Shown: positions 1-9,196 of the stretch, piece by piece
Layout of the letters: each line of letters starts with the position of its first letter
Numbering within the stretch: the stretch's first letter is position 1
DNA from: an uncultured Candidatus Saccharibacteria bacterium
Lineage (GTDB): Bacteria; Patescibacteriota; WWE3; UBA101185; UBA10185
Assembly (NCBI GenBank): GCA_964567095.1
Contig: CAZMKN010000001.1
Coordinates: forward strand, 11,675 to 75,674
Length of the DNA stretch: 64,000 bases
Direction: 5' to 3'
Position numbers and translations under genes: made by a program
The notes under the pieces: model-generated
The model's input: only the letters and a program-made list of their open reading frames with translations
Told to the model about the DNA's origin: nothing
Database searches by the model: none

Positions 1-1711
1 CTCCTCAGATATTCCATGGGCAGGCCCTACGGTTTCCGCAGTTGTAGGATACGTCGGAAAAGAGTATGTCTTAAATCCCTCTGAGGAAGAGTTAGGAAAA
101 TCGGAATTGAGCCTCGTGGTTTCTTTTGTGGGTAAAGACCTCAAGTATTTGGCGATGGAGGCTGAGGCCGAAAATCTGCCGGAAGAAGTGATTTTAGGTG
201 CCGTTGAATTTGCCAGAAACCAGTTAAAGCCCGTTGTGTCTTTTATCTCGGATTTTGCGGAGGAGGTAAATCCGGGTTTGGTAAAAGCTGAATATGAATC
301 TCAAGCATTACCGGAAGCGTTGGTAAATGACGTTAAGGGCGTTATTGAAAGTAGGGTAGAAGAGCTACTCTATGGTGGAACACTGGGAAAATCCGAGTTT
401 GGGAAAAGGCACGATGAGATGATGGCGGAAGTTTATGAGAAGTTTGAGGGTGTTTACAAAAGGAAGAATATGGCAGCCGCTTTCGAGGAGATTGAAAAGG
501 ATATATTGCAGGAGCAAGAAATTAAAAACGAGCGTCGCCCAGACGGAAGAGGCGTAGGAGAAGTTCGTCCAATAACCTCGAAGATAGGGGTTTTACCTCG
601 GACACATGGAAGCGCCTTGTTCACAAGGGGAATGACTCAGTCAATGACGGTAGCAACTTTGGGCTCTCCTGGCTTAGAGATGTTGGTTCACGATATGTAT
701 GGAGAAGGCTCCAAAAGGTATGTACATTTCTATAATTTCCCTCCTTATTCTGTCGGCGAAACCGGAAGAATAGGCTATCCCGGAGCGCGTGAAATAGGCC
801 ACGGGACTTTAGCGGAAAGAGCCCTTAAGCCGGTAATTCCCTCCCAAGAAAAATTCCCTTATATGATAGTTTTAATGTCCGAAACTTTGTCTTCGAGCGG
901 TTCTAGCTCCATGGCTTCTACTTGCGGATCTACACTTGCATTAATGGATGCCGGAGTTCCAATCAAAGATATGGTGGCGGGTATTGGTGTTGGTTTAATG
1001 GCAAACGATGATTTTAGCGAGTATAAGATAATCACAGATTTGGCCTACAGAGAAGATGCTTTTGGATTCCTGGATTTCAAGATGGCAGGTACCCGAACCG
1101 GAGTTACAGCTATACAAAGTGATATGAAGGCTCAAGGAATTCCTATGGCACTTTTGCCCAAAATCTTTGAGCAATCCCATGAAGGACGACTACACGTTTT
1201 GGATGAAATGTCCAAGACTATTAAAGAGCCGAAAAAAGGAGTTTCGCAATATGCTCCAAAGAGTAAGAGTATAAAAATAGATCCGGACAAAATAGGTATG
1301 GTAATTGGCGGCGGCGGAAAAACTATTAATGGGTTACAGGACGATATGAATGTGGCTATTAATATTAACGATGACGGAACCGTAACTGTTACAGGAGAAG
1401 ATTTGGGAAATGTAGAAGGTACTGTAGAGCGGATCGAAGGTATTGTTAAAGATGTCGAAATAGGGGAAGTTTATGAAGGAGCAGTTAAGGACATAGTTGA
1501 TTTCGGCGCTTTTGTTGAACTTCTGCCGGGTAAAGATGGGCTCTTGCACGTTAGTGAAATTTCTCAGGAATATGTGGAAAATGTTAGAGATTATCTAAAA
1601 GTTGGAGATGTGGTTAAAGTTAAGGTTATTGACGTTAAAAACGGTAAAATTAGCCTTTCCAAGAAAATTTTGGAGGAAAAGCCGGGTCAATTGGATCGCA
1701 GGGGGCGTTAA
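1..1711 (+). CDS. pnp: polynucleotide phosphorylase (PNPase), 5'-truncated by window edge
   Basis: The frame is open from nt 2 (...GPTVSAVVGYVGKEYVLNPSEEEL...) through the listed ORF, so the TTG at 107 is not the start. Shows a second RNase PH domain, a KH motif (GMVIGGGGKTI) and a C-terminal S1 domain (GEVYEGAVKDIVDFGAFVEL...LHVSEI). Confidence 0.85.
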   Translation, partial: SSDIPWAGPTVSAVVGYVGKEYVLNPSEEELGKSELSLVVSFVGKDLKYLAMEAEAENLPEEVILGAVEFARNQLKPVVSFISDFAEEVNPGLVKAEYESQALPEALVNDVKGVIESRVEELLYGGTLGKSEFGKRHDEMMAEVYEKFEGVYKRKNMAAAFEEIEKDILQEQEIKNERRPDGRGVGEVRPITSKIGVLPRTHGSALFTRGMTQSMTVATLGSPGLEMLVHDMYGEGSKRYVHFYNFPPYSVGETGRIGYPGAREIGHGTLAERALKPVIPSQEKFPYMIVLMSETLSSSGSSSMASTCGSTLALMDAGVPIKDMVAGIGVGLMANDDFSEYKIITDLAYREDAFGFLDFKMAGTRTGVTAIQSDMKAQGIPMALLPKIFEQSHEGRLHVLDEMSKTIKEPKKGVSQYAPKSKSIKIDPDKIGMVIGGGGKTINGLQDDMNVAININDDGTVTVTGEDLGNVEGTVERIEGIVKDVEIGEVYEGAVKDIVDFGAFVELLPGKDGLLHVSEISQEYVENVRDYLKVGDVVKVKVIDVKNGKISLSKKILEEKPGQLDRRGR

Positions 1712-1738
1712 TAGTTGATATTTGGTAGAATTTAGTAA

Positions 1739-2830
1739 ATGGCTAACGAAACTGCCCCGGCTACCCCGGACACAAAAAACTTCATCTTCGATGAGTTAGA
1801 CGCTCTTTCCAGTAAAATAGATTCCACAAAAGGGTTGCCCGAACCTTTGAAAGAGCGAATACATCAGATGCTACGCCGTTTGGATAGGATGGCTAAGCTT
1901 GGGCATTACGCCGCAGAATTTGATACTCTAGCGCGCTATATTGAGGTGATTGCATCAATCCCATGGGAGGCGGCAACAGAAGATAATCTGGATATCAACC
2001 GAGCCAAGGAAATACTTGATAGTAATCACTACGGCATGCCCATGGTAAAAGAGCGAATTTTGGAATATTTGGCGACCATGACGTTGATAAAAAGAAAAGG
2101 TGAGAATGCTATAGCCAAATCTCCGGTTTTGCTGTTGGTTGGTTTGCAGGGTGTCGGTAAAACTACACTCGCAAAGTCTGTGGCAGATACTTTAGGGAGA
2201 GATTTTGTGAGAATTTCTGTAGGAGCTATCGGATCGACCTTGGAGCTAAGGGGTACGAGTAAGACATTCCCCGGAGCCGAGCCAGGCCAGATTGTTAAGG
2301 CTTTAATAAAGACGGAGGTTCGGAATCCACTTATCTTGATGGATGAGATAGAAAAAGCTAGCGGTCAAAAAGGCCTTTTATCGGATATTATGGCGGTTTT
2401 GCTTGAGATACTGGACCCCAACCAAAATCCCGATTTCAGAGATCACTATGTTGACTATCCTGTGGATTTGTCACAAGTTCTGTTTATATGTTCGGCCAAC
2501 AATACAGGAACCTTATCAGCAGCGCTCTTAGATCGTATGGAAATTGTTAAAATGCCCTCGTATACAAACCAGGAGAAGGCAGTTATAGCGAGGGAATACT
2601 TACTTCCTAAGGTAAGGGAAAACTCTGGGTTGAAACCGGAAGAGTTGGACATTGACCCAAACCTGTGGCCTGAAATCGTTAATCCGTTTGGATATGATTC
2701 AGGTATACGAAGTCTTGGAAGAATAATGGAAAGTATGTGCAGAAAGGTGGCGAAACAGATAGTTACAGGAGAGGTATCAAGTGTATACATCACTAAGGAA
2801 AATCTTAAATTTTACATGCCCTCTTGGTAA
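1739..2830 (+). CDS. Lon-like AAA+ ATPase module lacking both the Lon N-domain and the protease domain
   Basis: Walker A LLLVGLQGVGKTTLAKSVADTLGRDFVRISVG resembles Lon (GPPGVGKTSLG...RKFVRISLGG). Lon-like linker DSNHYGMPMVKERILEYLA precedes it. The ORF stops where the Lon protease domain would begin (...ITKENLKFYMPSW*). Confidence 0.6.
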   Translation: MANETAPATPDTKNFIFDELDALSSKIDSTKGLPEPLKERIHQMLRRLDRMAKLGHYAAEFDTLARYIEVIASIPWEAATEDNLDINRAKEILDSNHYGMPMVKERILEYLATMTLIKRKGENAIAKSPVLLLVGLQGVGKTTLAKSVADTLGRDFVRISVGAIGSTLELRGTSKTFPGAEPGQIVKALIKTEVRNPLILMDEIEKASGQKGLLSDIMAVLLEILDPNQNPDFRDHYVDYPVDLSQVLFICSANNTGTLSAALLDRMEIVKMPSYTNQEKAVIAREYLLPKVRENSGLKPEELDIDPNLWPEIVNPFGYDSGIRSLGRIMESMCRKVAKQIVTGEVSSVYITKENLKFYMPSW

Positions 2831-2859
2831 TGCTCGGCCTATGTTAGTTATAACGAAGA

Positions 2860-3516
2860 GTGGGGGAAAAGATGAATAAAACCGAAGTAATGCAGAGACT
2901 TGCGTTGAAAATTAAAGAGTGTCGGGAATGCGATTTGTATAAAGAGGCTCAAAAGGCAGTTCCCGGTTCCGGGAATATAGATGCTGATATCGTTTTCATA
3001 GGCGAGGCCCCAGGCGCTAGGGAAGATGCTACTGGAATACCTTTCGTCGGGAGAGCGGGAAAGTTACTAGATTTCCTCCTATCTGAGATTGGCTTGAAAC
3101 GCCAGGATGTTTGGATAGGAAATGTAATAAAGCATCGCCCCCCAAACAATAGGGACCCAACTCCTGCGGAAATTGTAGCGTGCGAGCCCTATTTGACGGT
3201 TCAGCTAAGAACTATTAAGCCTAAATTGATTGTTACACTAGGTCGGTTCGCCATGTACTATTTCTATAAAGGCGGTAAAATCTCTAGGGATCATGGTAAT
3301 CTTATAAGGATATCCGATTCCAAATTTGGGTCGGGGACATTTATTTATCCGGTTTACCATCCGGCTGCCGGGTTACGTAACGGAGCTTTTAAAGAGGCTC
3401 TGGAGGAGGACTTCAGAAGAATTCCGCAGGTTCTGGAGCAGATAAAGCTAGATCGAGTAGAAAATATTGTATCTTCTTCAGTAGAAGAGAAAGGCCAAAT
3501 AAAATTGGATTTATAA
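2860..3516 (+). CDS. uracil-DNA glycosylase, family 4
   Basis: Family-4 UDG motifs FIGEAPGAREDATGIPFVGRAGKLLD and an N-terminal CRECDLY cysteine pair. Size ~218 aa. Confidence 0.8.
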   Translation: MGEKMNKTEVMQRLALKIKECRECDLYKEAQKAVPGSGNIDADIVFIGEAPGAREDATGIPFVGRAGKLLDFLLSEIGLKRQDVWIGNVIKHRPPNNRDPTPAEIVACEPYLTVQLRTIKPKLIVTLGRFAMYYFYKGGKISRDHGNLIRISDSKFGSGTFIYPVYHPAAGLRNGAFKEALEEDFRRIPQVLEQIKLDRVENIVSSSVEEKGQIKLDL

Positions 3517-3519
3517 ACT

Positions 3520-5193
3520 ATGTTAAAAATAATTAACTTAAGTGGCACAGAAAATGTCACAAAAAACTTAACTGTATTTGAAACGGAAAACGATATTATT
3601 ATCGTTGACTGTGGTGTGGGTTTCCCTGATAGCGATATGTTAGGAGTGGATATGGTAATTCCTGATATGACATATCTAAAGGAAAATATGCACAAAATTC
3701 GTGGTCTGTTCTTGACCCATGGGCATGAAGATCATATTGGAGCTGTACCCTATTTCTTGGCGGAATTTCCCAACGTTCCCGTTTACTCTGGTAAATTGGT
3801 TTTGGGGTTTTTGCGAAGAAAGTTTGATGAAAAGAGGAAATACAAAGGAGTGCCTAAAAACCCTTCATTGCACGAAATAGGTCCTGATTCTGAGCCCGTA
3901 ACTTTAGGTGATTTTACACTCGAAGCTTTTGGGGTAAATCACTCGGTACCGAATTCTTTGGGTTTCGCTATAAGAACTTCTGAAGGTTTAATTCTCCACA
4001 TATCAGACTTTAAGATAGATTTAACCCCTGTTATTGATGCCCCTATCGATTTAAATAGGATCGCTGGATATGGTGATGAGGGCGTTATGTGTTTATTGTC
4101 CGACTGTTTGGGTGTTACTTCAGAGGGCTACTCTCAGCCGGAAAAAGACCTGTCCGGAACATTTGACTTATTGTTTGATGAGGCGGCAGGCAAGCAGATT
4201 CTTGTAACCACGCTTTCGTCCAACATTTCCAGAATACACCAAATAGTAGAAAGTGCCAAAAAAGTAAATAGAAAAATAGTTCTTCTTGGCCGTTCCATAC
4301 AGCAAAATGTGGAAGTGGCACGTGGCTTGGGATATCTTCCCTTTAAAGATGATGTTTTTGTGGATCCAAGAAATTCTCCAAAGTATTCCCAAGCCGATTT
4401 AGTCTACATTGTCGCCGGAAGTTATGGTCAGCCCGGCTCAGCCTTAGGAAGAATAAGTAGAAGCGAGCACCAAGATGTAGCATTACAGGAAGGAGCCTAC
4501 GTGATTTTTTCAGCGGATCCAAGTCCACCCGGAGTAGCGGAGGACGTAGATAAAGTCCAAGACAAGCTGACGTTGCTGGGCGCTAATGTTTTGTTTAGCC
4601 AAATCCAGGATAATTTACATGTTTCAGGTCACGGAACACGCGGAGATTTGGAAATGGTGGCCTATTTATCAAAGGCTAAATATTACGTTCCTATTGGAGG
4701 AACTATAAAGCGCATGAGAATTTATTCCAATATGATAGGTGGTTTAGGTCGTCCCCAAGAGAACGTTTTCGAACAGTTGGGGGGAGATTCGGTTGTGTTT
4801 GAGAATGGTAAAGCGAGAAAAGGTGACCACGTTGAAGTTAAAGATGTTTTCTTAGACGGCTCTACCGTAGGTGATGTAGGACCTTTGGTTCTGCGGGATC
4901 GAGAGCAGTTAGCTGATGATGGCATTTTTGTTGTTATAGTTCCTATAAATCAGAAGTCTCGTAAATTAGCGGGAGATGTTGAGGTTGTAACACGAGGTTT
5001 TATTTATGTGAAGGAGTCAGCAGATCTTATTAACAAGACAAAGCAATCTATTATGGGTTTGCTAGAGAGTAGAAAAAATGATTTGAGGAATTGGAACGAG
5101 GTTAGGGAGGGTATCGAGAAGAGAATGAATAAGATGCTTTATAAGGAAACTGGGAGGAATCCTTTAATCTTTATACAAGCGATTTATCTATAA
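3520..5193 (+). CDS. rnj: ribonuclease J (metallo-beta-lactamase / beta-CASP)
   Basis: HGHEDHIGAVPYF motif with the beta-CASP architecture. 557 aa. Confidence 0.85.
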   Translation: MLKIINLSGTENVTKNLTVFETENDIIIVDCGVGFPDSDMLGVDMVIPDMTYLKENMHKIRGLFLTHGHEDHIGAVPYFLAEFPNVPVYSGKLVLGFLRRKFDEKRKYKGVPKNPSLHEIGPDSEPVTLGDFTLEAFGVNHSVPNSLGFAIRTSEGLILHISDFKIDLTPVIDAPIDLNRIAGYGDEGVMCLLSDCLGVTSEGYSQPEKDLSGTFDLLFDEAAGKQILVTTLSSNISRIHQIVESAKKVNRKIVLLGRSIQQNVEVARGLGYLPFKDDVFVDPRNSPKYSQADLVYIVAGSYGQPGSALGRISRSEHQDVALQEGAYVIFSADPSPPGVAEDVDKVQDKLTLLGANVLFSQIQDNLHVSGHGTRGDLEMVAYLSKAKYYVPIGGTIKRMRIYSNMIGGLGRPQENVFEQLGGDSVVFENGKARKGDHVEVKDVFLDGSTVGDVGPLVLRDREQLADDGIFVVIVPINQKSRKLAGDVEVVTRGFIYVKESADLINKTKQSIMGLLESRKNDLRNWNEVREGIEKRMNKMLYKETGRNPLIFIQAIYL

Positions 5194-5212
5194 TTCTGAT
5201 ATTATTGGCTCA

Positions 5213-7489
5213 ATGTCCAGGAAACGAGGTAGAAAGAAAAAATTCAGGCTTAATGTTAATTTTTACATTCGCCCGGAGGTTATAAAGTCTATTGCGGTAA
5301 TATTTTTCTTTTTATTGGGGGCTCTAAGTCTCATTTCTTTTTTTACCACTGGATATTCTTTAAACGCCAAAATTAAAACCCTACTCATGAAAAGTTTTGG
5401 TTTAACAGCGTTTATTGTTCCGATAATCTTTTTGTTGATCGCAAGTTTCTTCATAGACTCGATAAAAGCCAAATTTAAGGATTTTCGGGTGCTGTTCGGT
5501 CTTTTAGGGCTTTTCGTTCTTGGATCGGGGTTTCTATCTTTATTCTGTTGGAGATATGAGCCGTTTACCCGAGCTTCAGAAGGAAAGTGCGGAGGATTAA
5601 TGGGCTATAAGATTCTTTCTTTTCTTAATGGTGTTGTAAGTATCTACGGAGCCACATTGATCTTGATAGCTGGTGTGGTTATTTCCATAGTCCTACTTTT
5701 TAATATCTCATTGAATGGGCTTTTTGAAAAAGTATATGGCTATATTAGAACCTTTTTGCCTTGGAAGGAAAAAGAAGGTTCCTCCTCCGAATTGGAGAAG
5801 GCTCAAGAAGAAGATCCAATGGTAAACGGTACAATTAGTCAGCTTGCAGCTAGGGTTTTAAATACAGCTTCCGATGAGGAAGATAATGTTTCTGCCGGGG
5901 ATATATTTGTTGGAGAGACGGAACCACCAAAAATAAAAGTCCTTCCTTCTTATTCAGAACCTCAGGGCGAGGGTGTGGAGGTTACTAGACCTTCTTCTGA
6001 GGAAAACTCTGTAAGTTCTCTAGTACCCAGTCTCCCTTATACCAATAGAGTTTGGCGGTTACCGCCTCTCAATCTGCTAGAAGATCCGCCACTTATCCGT
6101 CCGGATGCAGGCAATGTTAAAAAACGAGCTGAAGTTATCGAGAGCACCTTAAAATCCTTTGGCATAAGGGTTAAGGTGGCCGAAACGGATGCGGGACCTT
6201 CTGTGACAAGATACGCTTTGGATGCAGCTACGGGGACTAAGATTTCTAAAATTGTCAGTTTGCAAAATGACTTGGCCTTAGCCTTAGCTTCACCAACTGG
6301 ATCTGTCCGCGTGGAGGCTCCGATTCCAGGAAGGTCTCTGGTTGGAATAGAAGTGCCTAATAATAATCGTGTCACAGTCCACTTTAAAGAGTTATTAACA
6401 TCGGATCCTATGAAATCGCTGAAATCCAAGTTGGGAATAGTTTTAGGTAAGGATGTTGGTGGCGGTACTCATGTTTATGATATCGGCCGAATGCCCCACC
6501 TGTTAGTTGCGGGGACTACAGGCTCAGGAAAATCCGTTTTTTTGCATTCCATTCTGTTCTCAATTTTATATAGAACTACCCCACAGGAATGTAAGTTTAT
6601 CTTAATCGATCCTAAAAGGGTTGAATTTACTCATTACTCCGATATTCCTCATTTATTAACCCCTGTTATAACGGATGTCGAAAAAGCACCCTCCGTTTTT
6701 AAATGGGCCGTAATGGAGATGGGTCGGCGATATAAGCTCTTTGAGAAGGCTCGCGCTAGAAATATTGATTCCTACAATGAAAAATCCGGTTTTCAAGCCC
6801 TTCCATACATTATGATAGTTGTTGATGAGTTGGGCGAAATAATGATATCTGATCCTGCAGATGTGGAAAAAAGTATTATCCGTATGGCTCAATTAGCTCG
6901 GGCAACTGGGATTCACTTGATTTTATCTGTACAAAGACCTTCCACAAACGTGATTACAGGTTTAATCAAGGCTAATATCTCTTGCCGAATCGCTTTCAAT
7001 GTCTCTAGCCAAATCGATTCTCGTGTAATTATAGACCAACCCGGAGCCGAAAAGCTGTTGGGTAGCGGTGATATGCTGTTTGTACCTCCCGATTCATCAA
7101 AGCCCCTTCGATTACAGGGCCCCATGATAACGGAAAAGGAAATCTTTGATTTGGTCGAGTACTTGAGGTCCCAAGGAGTGGAGCCTGATTACAAAGAGGA
7201 GGTTGTTAATGCTGCCGAAAAGTTGGTGAAAAAAAATACTAGTGTTTCTGCTGGTGGCGAGGCTGTTGATGTGCTTTTCGATAAGGCCGTTGATGTCTGC
7301 TTGAATGCTGGAAGAGCCTCTGCTTCTTTGTTGCAGCGCCGTCTTTCGATAGGATATGCTCGCGCCGCTAGAATATTAGATGAGCTAGAGGCAGAACATA
7401 TTGTTGGCCCTAAAAATGGTAGCCGTCCTAGGGAAATATTAATCGATAGTCGTCGAAACGAGGGCGACTACGACAGTTTTTCCTTTTAG
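5213..7489 (+). CDS. ftsK: DNA translocase FtsK/SpoIIIE
   Basis: N-terminal TM segments, a motor domain with Walker A (AGTTGSGKSVFLHS) and Walker B (IVVDELGEIM), and a C-terminal gamma winged-helix (LLQRRLSIGYARAARILDELE). Confidence 0.85.
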   Translation: MSRKRGRKKKFRLNVNFYIRPEVIKSIAVIFFFLLGALSLISFFTTGYSLNAKIKTLLMKSFGLTAFIVPIIFLLIASFFIDSIKAKFKDFRVLFGLLGLFVLGSGFLSLFCWRYEPFTRASEGKCGGLMGYKILSFLNGVVSIYGATLILIAGVVISIVLLFNISLNGLFEKVYGYIRTFLPWKEKEGSSSELEKAQEEDPMVNGTISQLAARVLNTASDEEDNVSAGDIFVGETEPPKIKVLPSYSEPQGEGVEVTRPSSEENSVSSLVPSLPYTNRVWRLPPLNLLEDPPLIRPDAGNVKKRAEVIESTLKSFGIRVKVAETDAGPSVTRYALDAATGTKISKIVSLQNDLALALASPTGSVRVEAPIPGRSLVGIEVPNNNRVTVHFKELLTSDPMKSLKSKLGIVLGKDVGGGTHVYDIGRMPHLLVAGTTGSGKSVFLHSILFSILYRTTPQECKFILIDPKRVEFTHYSDIPHLLTPVITDVEKAPSVFKWAVMEMGRRYKLFEKARARNIDSYNEKSGFQALPYIMIVVDELGEIMISDPADVEKSIIRMAQLARATGIHLILSVQRPSTNVITGLIKANISCRIAFNVSSQIDSRVIIDQPGAEKLLGSGDMLFVPPDSSKPLRLQGPMITEKEIFDLVEYLRSQGVEPDYKEEVVNAAEKLVKKNTSVSAGGEAVDVLFDKAVDVCLNAGRASASLLQRRLSIGYARAARILDELEAEHIVGPKNGSRPREILIDSRRNEGDYDSFSF

Positions 7490-7510
7490 CTAAAGATCAA
7501 CGAAATTATT

Positions 7511-8221
7511 ATGAAAAATCTAGGCGAGATTTTAAAGGCGCAAAGGAAAAAGCGTAAATTAACTTACAATCAGGTCTACTCAAGGACAAAAATACAGCAG
7601 TATTATATTAAGGCTTTGGAGCAGAATGATTACAGTGTTTTCGACGGGCGACTTCACGCAAAAGGTTTCCTGAAGATATACGCAGAACTCTTGGGTCTAA
7701 ATGTTAACCAGATTTTAGCCCTGTGGCGAAGAGAATACGGCTATACATTTGAAGACTCTTTTGATATTCAAGAGAGTTCCTCCACACGAAAGCTAATAAA
7801 AAGCCTAAAGAATAATATAACTATAACTCCCACGAGAATTTTTGTATTTCTAGGTACCTTTTTATTGCTGAGTTTTTTCGGTTATCTCTTTTATTCCTAC
7901 AAAAAATACTCCGGTCCTCCGGCGTTGGAAATTTATTCTCCGGAAAACAATGCGATAGCGGAAAATTCCCTAATTGATATTACCGGTAAGACGGATATTG
8001 ACTCAGTTTTGTTTGTAAATGGGGAAAGAATACTTTTGCAGCCAGACGGCGATTTCGCTACCTCGCTTAATCTAAGGGAGGGGGTCAATACATTAAGTAT
8101 TACTTCTATCAATAAGTTGGATAAAAAAACAGAAAAGGTTTTAACCGTGCTCTATCGTCCCCATACCTACAAAAATGTTGAAGTACTTGAATCTTCCGCA
8201 ACATCGAGTGACACTCCATAA
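7511..8221 (+). CDS. RodZ-like HTH (XRE) membrane protein
   Basis: N-terminal HTH (LGEILKAQRKKRKLTYNQVYSRTKIQQYYIKALE), a central TM helix and a C-terminal extracytoplasmic domain. Confidence 0.55.
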   Translation: MKNLGEILKAQRKKRKLTYNQVYSRTKIQQYYIKALEQNDYSVFDGRLHAKGFLKIYAELLGLNVNQILALWRREYGYTFEDSFDIQESSSTRKLIKSLKNNITITPTRIFVFLGTFLLLSFFGYLFYSYKKYSGPPALEIYSPENNAIAENSLIDITGKTDIDSVLFVNGERILLQPDGDFATSLNLREGVNTLSITSINKLDKKTEKVLTVLYRPHTYKNVEVLESSATSSDTP

Positions 8222-8259
8222 TAAAAACATTATGCTATACTATTGAGTAGTTACTGCCT

Positions 8260-8547
8260 ATGTCTACAGAAACACTAACCACAATTCTTATAGTTCTACT
8301 AAGCGTAAATTTTGTGCTTTGGATTATATTTTTAATCTTTCTTTTAGTGCAAATTCGGAAGGTCTTTAACGCTGTTCACGAAATCTTAGGTAATATCAAC
8401 GAATTTTCTTCGTCGTTTATGAGCAAAGCATTGTCGGTTCTTCCGTTGGTATTCGGAGTATTAAAAAGTTTTAAAGCTGTAAAGTCCATCACTACTTTGA
8501 GTGATGCATTTGATTCAGATTCTAAGAAGGAGAAGAAAGATGACTAA
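8260..8547 (+). CDS. small membrane protein, DUF948/YtxG-like
   Basis: N-terminal TM helix followed by an amphipathic helix. Sits immediately upstream of, and overlapping, the YtxH-like gene. Confidence 0.4.
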   Translation: MSTETLTTILIVLLSVNFVLWIIFLIFLLVQIRKVFNAVHEILGNINEFSSSFMSKALSVLPLVFGVLKSFKAVKSITTLSDAFDSDSKKEKKDD

Positions 8548-8797
8548 GGAAAGAAAGAACAGGTTTTTGTTTGGCGCGGCCTTGGGTACTTTATTTGGTT
8601 TTTTGTTTGCTCCAAAAAAGGGTAAAGAAACACGAGAGCAGCTTTCCGAGAATGTGGATAAGCTGAAAGACACGTTGGAAGGAGCTGTGGAGGAGGGTGC
8701 AAAAAAGATTTCCGAGGTGCAGGAGGAGGCTAAGCCTTACGTCGAATCCTTGAAAAAAGGACTAGAAGGAGACGGGCAAGAAGAAACAGAAGAGTAG
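8540..8797 (+). CDS. YtxH-like protein
   Basis: FGAALGTLFGFLFAPKKGKETREQL matches the YtxH-family signature. The start at ATG 8540 has an AAGGAG RBS, and its ATGA overlaps the upstream stop. Confidence 0.6.
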   Translation: MTKERKNRFLFGAALGTLFGFLFAPKKGKETREQLSENVDKLKDTLEGAVEEGAKKISEVQEEAKPYVESLKKGLEGDGQEETEE

Positions 8798-8800
8798 TTT

Positions 8801-9196
8801 ATGGTGGACACAGATATTAATAAACTTAATGATACTGATGATGTAGTGGATTCCGGAAGCATCGAAGCTGTTCGTATGCCTGCGCAAACACCTCCAGAAG
8901 CATTCCCTTTAAGGGAAAAGTTAAAGTCTGTTGAAAGTGAGAAGGCTTTGGAGGCTTTTCCGTCTCCACGACCCCCTATGCCAAAAACAAGATCGGAGTC
9001 TCTAGAGGAAGAACTTTCTGTAGGAATGGGAGAAGATGATCCTGTGAGTAAGTCGGAGGGGCGTTTGGTAGACACACGCGGGAAAGGCGACGTGTCTAAA
9101 ATCGAAACTTTAGATGAGCTAACCAAATACGGAGATCAGGAAGAAAATAAGTTCATTAAAGGTGTCAAGTCTGCCCATGGACCTAGCGAATCTTAA
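8801..9196 (+). CDS. hypothetical acidic, low-complexity protein
   Basis: The ORF shows no recognisable domain and is rich in D/E/S/P. It overlaps the start of the downstream ATPase. Confidence 0.35.
   Translation: MVDTDINKLNDTDDVVDSGSIEAVRMPAQTPPEAFPLREKLKSVESEKALEAFPSPRPPMPKTRSESLEEELSVGMGEDDPVSKSEGRLVDTRGKGDVSKIETLDELTKYGDQEENKFIKGVKSAHGPSES

Noticed and set aside
107-1711. TTG at 107 listed as the PNPase start
   Set aside because: The same frame is open back to nt 2 with PNPase-like sequence (GPTVSAVVGYVGKEY...). The gene is simply truncated by the window edge.
2455-2793. Antisense ORFs inside long conserved genes (examples: 2455-2793, 6037-6429, 9650-9940, 49905-50096, 52376-52624, 53857-54057, 57455-57697, 59321-59848)
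   Set aside because: They lie wholly antisense within well-supported genes (Lon-like, ftsK, ATPase, rpoB, rpoC, fusA, tuf) and encode low-complexity peptides. They are treated as frame artefacts.
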